From the NCBI GenBank assembly GCA_023484305.1, contig JAMDAL010000001.1, forward strand, positions 1 to 32,200: 32,200 nt of DNA, written 5' to 3'. The stretch is from Patescibacteria group bacterium. GTDB taxonomy: Bacteria; Patescibacteriota; Microgenomatia; JACPZF01. A model generated the notes under the pieces. It searched no databases. It had not been told where the DNA came from and worked only from the letters and a program-made list of their open reading frames with translations. Positions 9,268-16,200 of this stretch are shown here, piece after piece; the first letter of the stretch is position 1, and every line of letters begins with the position of its first letter. The translations under genes were made by a program, and so were the position numbers.

Positions 9268-10011
9268 TTACCATGCGCTTTTTATTTCCATCTGCACGTA
9301 TATTTCTTCTAATGAAACCTCGCTGGGAAATCGGCGGAGCGTATTATCTAAGGTATCTTTATAAATAAGTTTTCCATGATTTAAAACGCCAATTGAAGTG
9401 CATGTTTTTGCAACTTCAGATAACAAGTGAGTATTCATGAAGATGGTTAAATGCTTTTCTTTATTGAGCCGGATAATAATCTCGCGTAGATTTTTAATAC
9501 CAAGGGGATCAAGTCCTGAGGTTGGTTCATCAAGAAACAGGATTTTGGGTTCGTGAATAATTGCCTGCGCAATGCCAATCCGTTGACGCATTCCTTTGGA
9601 AAACTCACCGAGTTTTTTATTCTCAATACCGTGAAAGTCTAAAAAATCAAGAACCTCTTCAATATGTTTCCTGACATCATGCACACCCGATAGTCTTGCA
9701 AAGAAGCTTAGATTTTCAAATGCAGTTAAATTATTGTAAAACGTCACGTTCTCTGGCAGATACCCAATTTGTTGTCGAACCTGCATACTTTGCTTGACCG
9801 TGTCATATCCCGCAACCGTTGCTGTACCAGAAGATGGTTGCATCAGGGTGGTAAGAATATTGATCGTTGTCGTTTTCCCCGCGCCGTTATGCCCTAAAAA
9901 TCCAAAAATCTCTCCTTCATACACCTCTAGATCTAAATTGTCTAAGGCATTGTGGGAATTATAGGAATGACTTAAAGACTTCGTCTCAATTACGGGATTG
10001 TTGGTATTCAT
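9268..10011 (-). CDS. ABC-2 transporter ATP-binding protein
   Basis: GHNGAGKTT, FSKGMRQR, LFLDEPTSGLDP. Confidence 0.95.
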   Translation of the reverse strand: MNTNNPVIETKSLSHSYNSHNALDNLDLEVYEGEIFGFLGHNGAGKTTTINILTTLMQPSSGTATVAGYDTVKQSMQVRQQIGYLPENVTFYNNLTAFENLSFFARLSGVHDVRKHIEEVLDFLDFHGIENKKLGEFSKGMRQRIGIAQAIIHEPKILFLDEPTSGLDPLGIKNLREIIIRLNKEKHLTIFMNTHLLSEVAKTCTSIGVLNHGKLIYKDTLDNTLRRFPSEVSLEEIYVQMEIKSAW

Positions 10012-10017
10012 GCTTTT

Positions 10018-10051
10018 ATTTTATTTATAGAAGATGGGAATAAAATGAAAA
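10018..10051 (-). promoter_or_regulatory. Direct-repeat box 5 plus -10 (leaderless geometry)
   Basis: Minus strand TTTTCAT-TTTA-TTCCCAT, 10 nt, TAAAAT (10023-10018), 6 nt, ATG 10011. Confidence 0.7.
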
Positions 10052-10178
10052 AACATTTAGTTCGTTTTTGTCCTGTCCTGCTTTTTCATTATATGGGGTT
10101 CAAAACATCTATCAAAAAGTGGGTGTTTAAGCCTGTCGAAAAATGCAACGTGGAGAAGAAGGTCTTTTTAGTTTTATA

Positions 10179-10853
10179 TTATAAGTCTTTCCTTCGTTCG
10201 CTAAATTCTTTTTTATCAATTTCCCCACGAGCATAACGCTCTTTGAGAATATCAAGAGGGGTTTTATCGTCTTTGCTTTGTCCGGATCGGGATAAATACC
10301 GAATTAAAACAACCACTACGAGAATGAGAAGAATCCAGAAAATAATCATAGATATCCATCCGAAAAGACCAAAACCTCCCCATCCACCCATCATATTATT
10401 CCAACCACTATAACCCATCATAGGATTTCCACCTCCTCCCATCATCTGCATCATGCCCATCATCGGCATAAAGCCAGTGCCCTGTGAGGAAGTATCGCAA
10501 CCACTACCACGTTTACCCCAAGCAATATGCATTTGTTCCTCGCCTTGTTCTCCCATCATTCCCTTCATCATTTCATTCATGGCAATATGTCTTGAGGTAT
10601 CTCCAATGGCTTGACCCATAAAGTATTCGCCAATTTTTTCAAAATCTACGTCTTTAAGCTGTGAACAAGTAGTTTTTTTGTTGTTTAAGTCATCTAGAAA
10701 CCTTTTGCCCTCCTGTTCTTCTTGCTGCTGGCTTTGGATTGTGGCATTATCGGGAGATGAACTTGAAAAACCCATCATCCCTTGAGCAAAAACAGAGGAT
10801 GGTAAAATTGTCAAACTAGTAAACAGAACTAAAAACAAAACCATTTTTTTCAT
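10179..10853 (-). CDS. Met/Gly-rich membrane protein with C-terminal SHOCT domain
   Basis: Signal peptide, many MMG repeats, TM helix, PLDILKERYARGEIDKKEF. Confidence 0.85.
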   Translation of the reverse strand: MKKMVLFLVLFTSLTILPSSVFAQGMMGFSSSSPDNATIQSQQQEEQEGKRFLDDLNNKKTTCSQLKDVDFEKIGEYFMGQAIGDTSRHIAMNEMMKGMMGEQGEEQMHIAWGKRGSGCDTSSQGTGFMPMMGMMQMMGGGGNPMMGYSGWNNMMGGWGGFGLFGWISMIIFWILLILVVVVLIRYLSRSGQSKDDKTPLDILKERYARGEIDKKEFSERRKDL

Positions 10854-10863
10854 AGGTTTTAAA

Positions 10864-11256
10864 CTATAAATCTTTAAACACTTTTGCTAACGATGGACCA
10901 AGCACTTGAATTGAAAACTCATAAAACTGGCCAAAAGGCACAATGTGCACAGTTAAATTCATTTTTAGCTTTTCGCCCATTTTCTGTATCAGATCATTTG
11001 CGGTTTCCGGATCGGATTTACTATTTGAAAGGTGAGCAAAAGAATGGAGAATTACTGTACTCGTATTATTTTTATTTGCTAGCCATTTAATGTTCCCGAC
11101 AGCTTTATCGACCACATCGTTCTTATCTTTGTCGGTTTCTTCTACATGGATAAATATAACTAGAGAGTTATCAAAACTCACCTTTTCTGTTTCAGGAGAG
11201 TCTGAACTATATGGCTTATACCAAAAACTTTTTGTGTGAAACATTAACAGCTTCAT
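10864..11256 (-). CDS. Free-standing archaeal-type threonyl-tRNA synthetase editing domain (DTD-like fold)
   Basis: MKLLMFH, LVIFIHVEETD, LHSFAHLS, PFG..YEF match the archaeal ThrRS N-terminal pattern (LLIH, VE..D, FAHLS, PFG) as recalled. Confidence 0.8.
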   Translation of the reverse strand: MKLLMFHTKSFWYKPYSSDSPETEKVSFDNSLVIFIHVEETDKDKNDVVDKAVGNIKWLANKNNTSTVILHSFAHLSNSKSDPETANDLIQKMGEKLKMNLTVHIVPFGQFYEFSIQVLGPSLAKVFKDL

Positions 11257-11639
11257 ATTTTACTTCTATCTATAATTCCTCTAATAATTTCATCAACTTC
11301 TCTAGGTAAAGAACCTAAGTTTGCCTTAGGGAAAAATTGAGGCAATATGATAGGTCGCATACCGGAAATATAAGTTTTACCGCCCTTTTGATAGACATTT
11401 ATCTTGCAAGGAAGACAAAGACCTATCTTTAGATCAGCCTGTAAAGCATTGTAGGCATTTTTAGCGTTGCATATCTCAATAATTTTGAATGGCTCAATCG
11501 TAAAACCTTTTTCAGCCAAAGTTTTCGTAACATCATGGGTATAAAGCACCCGAAATCCAGCCTTTTTTGTTTCCTGCTCCACTATGGCAACCGCATCTTC
11601 AAATGATTTTTCCGTAGTTACTGTATAATCAAAATCCAT
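11253..11639 (-). CDS. DUF302 family protein
   Basis: GFRVL..HDV, IIEICNA, IGLCLPCKINVY; SD AAAGGAG before ATG 11639. Confidence 0.85.
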   Translation of the reverse strand: MDFDYTVTTEKSFEDAVAIVEQETKKAGFRVLYTHDVTKTLAEKGFTIEPFKIIEICNAKNAYNALQADLKIGLCLPCKINVYQKGGKTYISGMRPIILPQFFPKANLGSLPREVDEIIRGIIDRSKI

Positions 11640-11655
11640 AAATTCTCCTTTCAAA

Positions 11656-11979
11656 CTAAAATGTTAATACTTTATCGCTTGTTGCAACCAGAGAATATAA
11701 ATCTGCAATCCCACCTTTGGGACAACTTTTACTGTCTTGCTGGTGGCGCATATTCATGCATGTACCACATGCGATGAGTTCAGCTTTTTCTGCCTGTAAA
11801 AACTTATCAACCTGTTCGTTTAGATTAAATTGTTCCTGATTTACTTTGTCATACTCCACCGCTTCACCTAAAAGAAACATTCTGACTTCATCGCCTTTTG
11901 TTAAGGCTAGATTTGCTAACCTAAAAGCATTCCAGTTGGTTTCTAAATTTTTGGTAGAAAGAATTATTGATAATTTCAT
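11656..11979 (-). CDS. DsrE/DsrF-like sulfur-relay protein
   Basis: WNAFRLA, VRMFLLGEAVE, ACGTC, SDKVLTF. Confidence 0.85.
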   Translation of the reverse strand: MKLSIILSTKNLETNWNAFRLANLALTKGDEVRMFLLGEAVEYDKVNQEQFNLNEQVDKFLQAEKAELIACGTCMNMRHQQDSKSCPKGGIADLYSLVATSDKVLTF

Positions 11980-12344
11980 ACCGGTTGACTCTTTTTGTAA
12001 CCCTCTAAAAACCTATGGATAAGTTTATCTGTTCGGGTAAGGGAGCTTGCTGCTGACTTTAAGAAGTCTTTTCCTTCCTGAGTAATGGTATAAGTCCTTC
12101 TGTCTGGACCTGAATCATTTTTCTCCCAATCGGATGTTACCCAATCATCTCTTTCCATTCTTCGTAAAGTCCTGTATAAATCGCCAATATCCACTTTTTC
12201 ACCGCAATGTTTTTCTAAATCCTCCATAAGTCCATATCCATGAGAGGAACCTTTTGAAAGGAGAAGTAAAATACACGGCTCAATAAACCGTTCAATATTG
12301 CCAAAATCCCTTGACCGAAAAGAACAGCCACAAGTTCTGCACAT
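11976..12344 (-). CDS. PadR family transcriptional regulator with N-terminal CxxCxC
   Basis: HGYGL, LYRTLRRMERD, GPDRRTYTITQEG; start reassigned to MCRTCGC because it lies downstream of the promoter. Confidence 0.9.
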   Translation of the reverse strand: MCRTCGCSFRSRDFGNIERFIEPCILLLLSKGSSHGYGLMEDLEKHCGEKVDIGDLYRTLRRMERDDWVTSDWEKNDSGPDRRTYTITQEGKDFLKSAASSLTRTDKLIHRFLEGYKKSQPV

Positions 12345-12354
12345 ATATGTTAAT

Positions 12355-12383
12355 ATCATATAGCATGACAAATTAAATGTCAA
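12355..12383 (-). promoter_or_regulatory. Sigma70 promoter with palindromic operator
   Basis: TTGACA-17-TATGAT on the minus strand; TGACA-N7-TGTCA at 12366-12382 overlaps the -35. Confidence 0.75.
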
Positions 12384-13441
12384 GTCCTTGTACTGGTCCA
12401 GTACTTCTTGGACTCTAAGTCCTCCTTTAACATAAAAGCCATGGGTGTTAAGTAACCCAAGGCTTGGTGTGGTCTGACTGTATTGTAGTATAACAGATAA
12501 TTAATGAGTTTCTGGTTAAAACTGTGGATATCTTCAAGTTCTTCTGTGTGAGAGTCAACAAATTCCTCTTGAATGGTTCTGTTAAACCTTTCAATAAAAG
12601 CATTGGACTTAGGAGTATGAGGATAGGAAAAATAGTGGGTGATGTTCTTTCTTTTCAGGTAAGAATCAAGTTCTTTTTGAAATTCCAATCCGTTGTCAGT
12701 TTTAACTGCCTTGACTTTAAAAGGAGCTACTAGCTCCAGTTTTTGATAAAAGTCTAAGGCTATGGCACTACTGAGCCCTTTGTAGGAAAAGGCAAAAGAA
12801 AACTTGGAATAGACATCTAAACAAGTCAGAATATATCTTTTTAAACCCAAATCAAATCTGACGATGGTATCAATCTGAAGAAGCTCTCCTGGGCTTTTGG
12901 ACTTAAAGTTTTTGCTTACTCTGTCCTTGTGCCTTCTAATTCTTGTTTTTGCCCATTGAGAGCTGGCATCATGATAAACCCTGCCCAGTTTTAAATAACA
13001 CCAATGGTTTCTGTTAATGATCCTGCCTACTTTAGAAGCAGAAACTAAAGGTAAACCTTCTTTTTCACAGTAAGCATCCAGAAGTATTTTAATCTTTTGT
13101 TTACCAAACCTGCCATTGTGTAGTCTGAGGTTATGAATAAACTCTAGTATCTTTGAGTCTACCAACATCTTTCTAGTAGTTTTAGGTTTGGTTGATAAGG
13201 GGACTAAAGACATTAGGCTACCACCAGACTTTTTTAACTGTCTCTTCCACAAAAAGAGAGTACTTCTGCCTACTTGATAGGCCTCCTTAGTAGCAGTAAA
13301 ACCAAACTGATCATAGAAGGACAAAACTTTCATTCTGAACTTGGCCACATCACTAACAGAATATTGTTGAGAAGAAGAAAAATATTTCATGAGGGTAGCA
13401 TAGCCTACTACCCCTTTAAAAAGAAACCTGGTTTTGTCCAA
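12380..13441 (-). CDS. IS481-family DDE transposase (rve integrase core)
   Basis: HTH N-terminus; PGELLQIDT, KTDNGLEF, PKSNAFIERFNRT, YNTVRPHQAL. Start could be ATG 13390. Confidence 0.92.
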   Translation of the reverse strand: MDKTRFLFKGVVGYATLMKYFSSSQQYSVSDVAKFRMKVLSFYDQFGFTATKEAYQVGRSTLFLWKRQLKKSGGSLMSLVPLSTKPKTTRKMLVDSKILEFIHNLRLHNGRFGKQKIKILLDAYCEKEGLPLVSASKVGRIINRNHWCYLKLGRVYHDASSQWAKTRIRRHKDRVSKNFKSKSPGELLQIDTIVRFDLGLKRYILTCLDVYSKFSFAFSYKGLSSAIALDFYQKLELVAPFKVKAVKTDNGLEFQKELDSYLKRKNITHYFSYPHTPKSNAFIERFNRTIQEEFVDSHTEELEDIHSFNQKLINYLLYYNTVRPHQALGYLTPMAFMLKEDLESKKYWTSTRT

Positions 13442-13484
13442 TGCGTTTACTTAGAATAGTCCAATATGTATCTGAACTTTTGCA
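12389..13484 (-). mobile_element. IS481-like insertion sequence
   Basis: Imperfect terminal IRs TGTACTGGTCCAGTACTTCTTGGACT (12389-12414) and reverse complement TGCAAAAGTTCAGATACATATTGGACT (13484-13458), about 19/27 matches with one gap; no target duplication seen. Confidence 0.7.
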
Positions 13485-13491
13485 ATTTTTG

Positions 13492-13571
13492 ACCTCATCC
13501 CAACCTTCTCCTAAAAGGAGAAGGTATCTTTATTTTATACCCTCTCCTATCAGGAGAGGGTAGGGTGAGGT
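13492..13571. repeat. CCTCxCCC / CCCTCTCC..GGAGAGGG double-hairpin element, copy 1
   Basis: Terminal IR ACCTCATCC/GGGTGAGGT and two internal hairpins; related copy at 31682. Confidence 0.8.
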
Positions 13572-13582
13572 ATAATTTAGTT

Positions 13583-14230
13583 ATGCCAGCCAAAGACCAC
13601 ATCCCGGAAATTCTTAAAATTCTTCACCAAAAATATCCCCATGCCAAAATTGTTTTAAATTATTCCAACCATTGGGAACTTTTGGTGGCAGTGGTTTTGT
13701 CCGCACAATGCACGGATAAAAAAGTCAACGAAGTAACTGCTAAACTTTTTCAAAAATATCCCAAATTTGAGGATTATGTCAGGGCAGATTTAAAGGTTTT
13801 TGAAAGCGACATTCGCTCTACTGGTTTTTATCATAATAAAGCAAAAAATATTTTGGCAGCTGCAAAAATTGTCAAAGAAAAATTTGGCGGAAAAGTTCCC
13901 GACAAAATGGCAGACTTAATCAGTCTTCCCGGAGTCGCCAGAAAAACCGCCAATATTATTTTGGGAAATGCTTTTAACATTGTGGAAGGGATTGCGGTTG
14001 ACACTCATGTGGGGAGAGTTTCCCAAAGACTGGGATTAACCAAAAACAGCGATCCGGTGAAAATCGAAAATGATTTAATGCAGCTTTTGCCAAAAACGGA
14101 ATGGTTTAAATGGAATTATATGGTGATTGATTTTGGAAGAGAAATTTGCGACGCCAAAAAACCGTTATGCGGCCAATGTCCTCTTAACAAACTTTGCCCC
14201 CTTGCTTTTAATATCAAGGTCCGCAGATAG
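13583..14230 (+). CDS. nth: Endonuclease III
   Basis: LSAQCTD, LPGVARKTAN (HhH), VDTHV, C-x6-C-x2-C-x5-C; TATAAT 6 nt before ATG 13583. Confidence 0.95.
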   Translation: MPAKDHIPEILKILHQKYPHAKIVLNYSNHWELLVAVVLSAQCTDKKVNEVTAKLFQKYPKFEDYVRADLKVFESDIRSTGFYHNKAKNILAAAKIVKEKFGGKVPDKMADLISLPGVARKTANIILGNAFNIVEGIAVDTHVGRVSQRLGLTKNSDPVKIENDLMQLLPKTEWFKWNYMVIDFGREICDAKKPLCGQCPLNKLCPLAFNIKVRR

Positions 14231-14259
14231 CCAAAAACTTTTAGGTCTTTTGGAAATTT

Positions 14260-15465
14260 TTAAACAATTGTTAACCCCGGGTTGGCAGATATTTTCTTCC
14301 AGGAAACAGGGTGATAATTAAAAAATGCGCAGGAAGCAATATAAAAGGCATTGTCATTGCAAAGTTTAGGAGGCGGAATATACAGATAAATTTTAAATTT
14401 TAAATTTTTAATTTTTAATGAATTTTCAATTTCAAATTTTAATTTTTCTCTTAGTCTTTGATTGGCTGCCACTCCGCCACCCAGCAAAATAGTTTTTGGT
14501 TGATAAATTTCTGCAGCCTTAATAACTTTGGCCGTTAAAACATCAGTAATGGCTTCCTGAAGTTCATAGGAAACGGCATTAATTGTTTCATTGTTAAATT
14601 GTTTTATTGCTTTTAATTTTTCTACTTCCCGCATGACGGCCGTTTTTAAACCACTAAATGAAAAGTCTAAATTATCTTCGTTTATCAATGGCCTGGGCAA
14701 TCTAATTGTTGTCTGTTTTCTGTTATCTGTTATCTGTTGTGCCGCTGCGGCAATGGCCGGTCCCCCAAAATAACCATTTAATCCTAAAAGCCTGGCAGAT
14801 TTGTCAAAACATTCTCCGGCCGCATCGTCTCTGGTGCCGCCTAAATATTTTAATTGACCGTGGTTTTTCATTAACACCAAATCTGTGTGTCCGCCGGAAA
14901 CAACCAGACAGAGAGCTGGAAACTGGGGCAGGTTATTATTAATTTTTTCCTCTTTGTCATTCCCGCGAAAGCGGGAATCTATATGATAATTATTTTTATG
15001 GATTCCTGCCTGCGCAGGAACGACATTGGTATTAATCCAGTTGGCATAAATATGGCCGACCAGATGGTTAACCGGGACGATTGGTTTTTTCCAAACCAAG
15101 GCCAGCGTTTTGGCAGTTTCAACCCCGACCAAAAGAGAACCGATTAGGCCGGGACCAACAGTAACAGCAAGAGCGTCAATAGAATTATCGATATTACGAT
15201 ATTTCGATATTGCGATATTAGGCGCTTTTTCCTTATTTTTCCTAATATCATAATATCCTAGTATCCCGGCATTTTTTAAGGCTTCTTCAATCACCGGAAT
15301 AACGCATTTTACCTGTTCTCTGGCTGCTATCTCCGGAATTACCCCGCCGGTTTTTTGATGCAAATCTAGGGAAGAGGCAATAGTCTGAGAAATAATTTTG
15401 GTGCCGTTTTCCACTACGGCCGCAGCTGTTTCGTCACAGGAAGTTTCAAGAGCCAGAATACGCAT
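14260..15465 (-). CDS. tsaD: tRNA N6-threonylcarbamoyltransferase TsaD with in-frame repeat insertions
   Basis: LETSCDET, GPGLIGSL, NHLVGH, VSGGHT, DDAAGECFDK, FSFSGLKT, GGVAAN, DNA. Confidence 0.97.
   Translation of the reverse strand: MRILALETSCDETAAAVVENGTKIISQTIASSLDLHQKTGGVIPEIAAREQVKCVIPVIEEALKNAGILGYYDIRKNKEKAPNIAISKYRNIDNSIDALAVTVGPGLIGSLLVGVETAKTLALVWKKPIVPVNHLVGHIYANWINTNVVPAQAGIHKNNYHIDSRFRGNDKEEKINNNLPQFPALCLVVSGGHTDLVLMKNHGQLKYLGGTRDDAAGECFDKSARLLGLNGYFGGPAIAAAAQQITDNRKQTTIRLPRPLINEDNLDFSFSGLKTAVMREVEKLKAIKQFNNETINAVSYELQEAITDVLTAKVIKAAEIYQPKTILLGGGVAANQRLREKLKFEIENSLKIKNLKFKIYLYIPPPKLCNDNAFYIASCAFFNYHPVSWKKISANPGLTIV
14388..14446. repeat. AT-rich heptamer array inside tsaD (KLKFEIENSLKIKNLKFKI)
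   Basis: AATTTTA-like units; same family as 16063-16200. Confidence 0.75.
14581..14615. repeat. Octamer ATTGTT array inside tsaD (KAIKQFNNETI)
   Basis: ATTGTTTC ATTGTTAA ATTGTTTT ATTGCTTT. Confidence 0.7.
14706..14738. repeat. Heptamer CTGTTWW array inside tsaD (QQITDNRKQTT)
   Basis: CTGTTTT CTGTTAT CTGTTAT CTGTT; 19 bp identical to 18170-18188. Confidence 0.75.
14955..15025. repeat. TGTCATTCC palindromic element inside tsaD (VVPAQAGI...DSRFRGND)
   Basis: TGTCATTCCCGCGAAAGCGGGAATC...GATTCCTGCCTGCGCAGGAACGACA; contains ATTCCC-N8-GGGAAT; relatives at 18021 and 22341. Confidence 0.9.
15190..15266 (-). repeat. GATATT/AATATC bipartite octamer element inside tsaD (ILGYYD...ISKYRNI)
   Basis: 64/77 identical, ungapped, to 21103-21179. 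Confidence 0.9.
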
Positions 15466-15590
15466 AAATTTCTAATTGCCCTAATTTTTAATTAACCTAA
15501 ATAATTATTCAATAATAAAATTCCTAAAATTGCTTATTAAGAAAATAGAAATTATTTAGAAATTAGAATAATTAGGTTAATTAGTAATTT
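15466..15590. repeat. CTAATT/AATTAG bipartite array, intergenic
   Basis: Left arm of CTAATT units and right arm of AATTAG units; ends AAATTTCTAATT/AATTAGTAATTT. Confidence 0.7.
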
Positions 15591-16057
15591 TAATCTATTC
15601 CCAACAATTTAGTTAGTTCTGTTGTTGACGGCGTTTTAATTCTGGGAATAACTACTAGTTTTGCGCCCACCATTTTTGCCTGTTGTTGTTTTTTTTCTTT
15701 AATAGGATCGTCTTGAGTGGCAGTAATAACATCCGGTTTAACAGTTTTAATTAGGGCAGTGTAGTCGCTATCGCTATTTAGACCGGGTAGTAGCAAAACA
15801 AAATCCACCACGTCCAACCCCGCCAGCATTTCTGCCCGCTCGTTTTGATTGTGTATGGGCCTGTTTATTCCTTTTAAAGTTTTGGTTCTACTGTCAGATT
15901 CCAGGGCCACCAATAAAATATCTCCGGTTTTTTTGGCCTCTTTTAAAAACCGCAAATGGCCAATATGAAGAATATCAAAACAACCACCGCACAACACTAA
16001 CTTACGACCACTCTTTTTAATAAAGTCTAATTGATTTAAAGAAATTATTTTTGACAT
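15590..16057 (-). CDS. Cytidylyltransferase/adenylyltransferase family protein (RfaE domain II/TagD-like)
   Basis: GGCFDILHIGH, KGINRPI, ERAEML, STT. Confidence 0.88.
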   Translation of the reverse strand: MSKIISLNQLDFIKKSGRKLVLCGGCFDILHIGHLRFLKEAKKTGDILLVALESDSRTKTLKGINRPIHNQNERAEMLAGLDVVDFVLLLPGLNSDSDYTALIKTVKPDVITATQDDPIKEKKQQQAKMVGAKLVVIPRIKTPSTTELTKLLGID

Positions 16058-16062
16058 AAGCG

Positions 16063-16200
16063 TTTAATTTTTAATTTACAATTTTAAATTTTAAATGAAT
16101 TTCAAATGTCTGTTTTGCTACGCAAAATTCGCTTGCGAACAATTTTAAAAATTAAATCATTTAGATTTGATTTAAAATTAAAAATTTATAATTTAAAATT
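16063..16200. repeat. AT-rich bipartite heptamer element with nested mini-hairpins
   Basis: AATTTTA arm and TAAAATT arm around TTTTGCTACGCAAAA-TTCGCTTGCGAA. Confidence 0.75.

Noticed and set aside
14260-15465. Inteins or introns explaining the long TsaD
   Set aside because: Inserts are 11-26 aa, lack intein terminal motifs and intron cores, and mostly match dispersed repeats.
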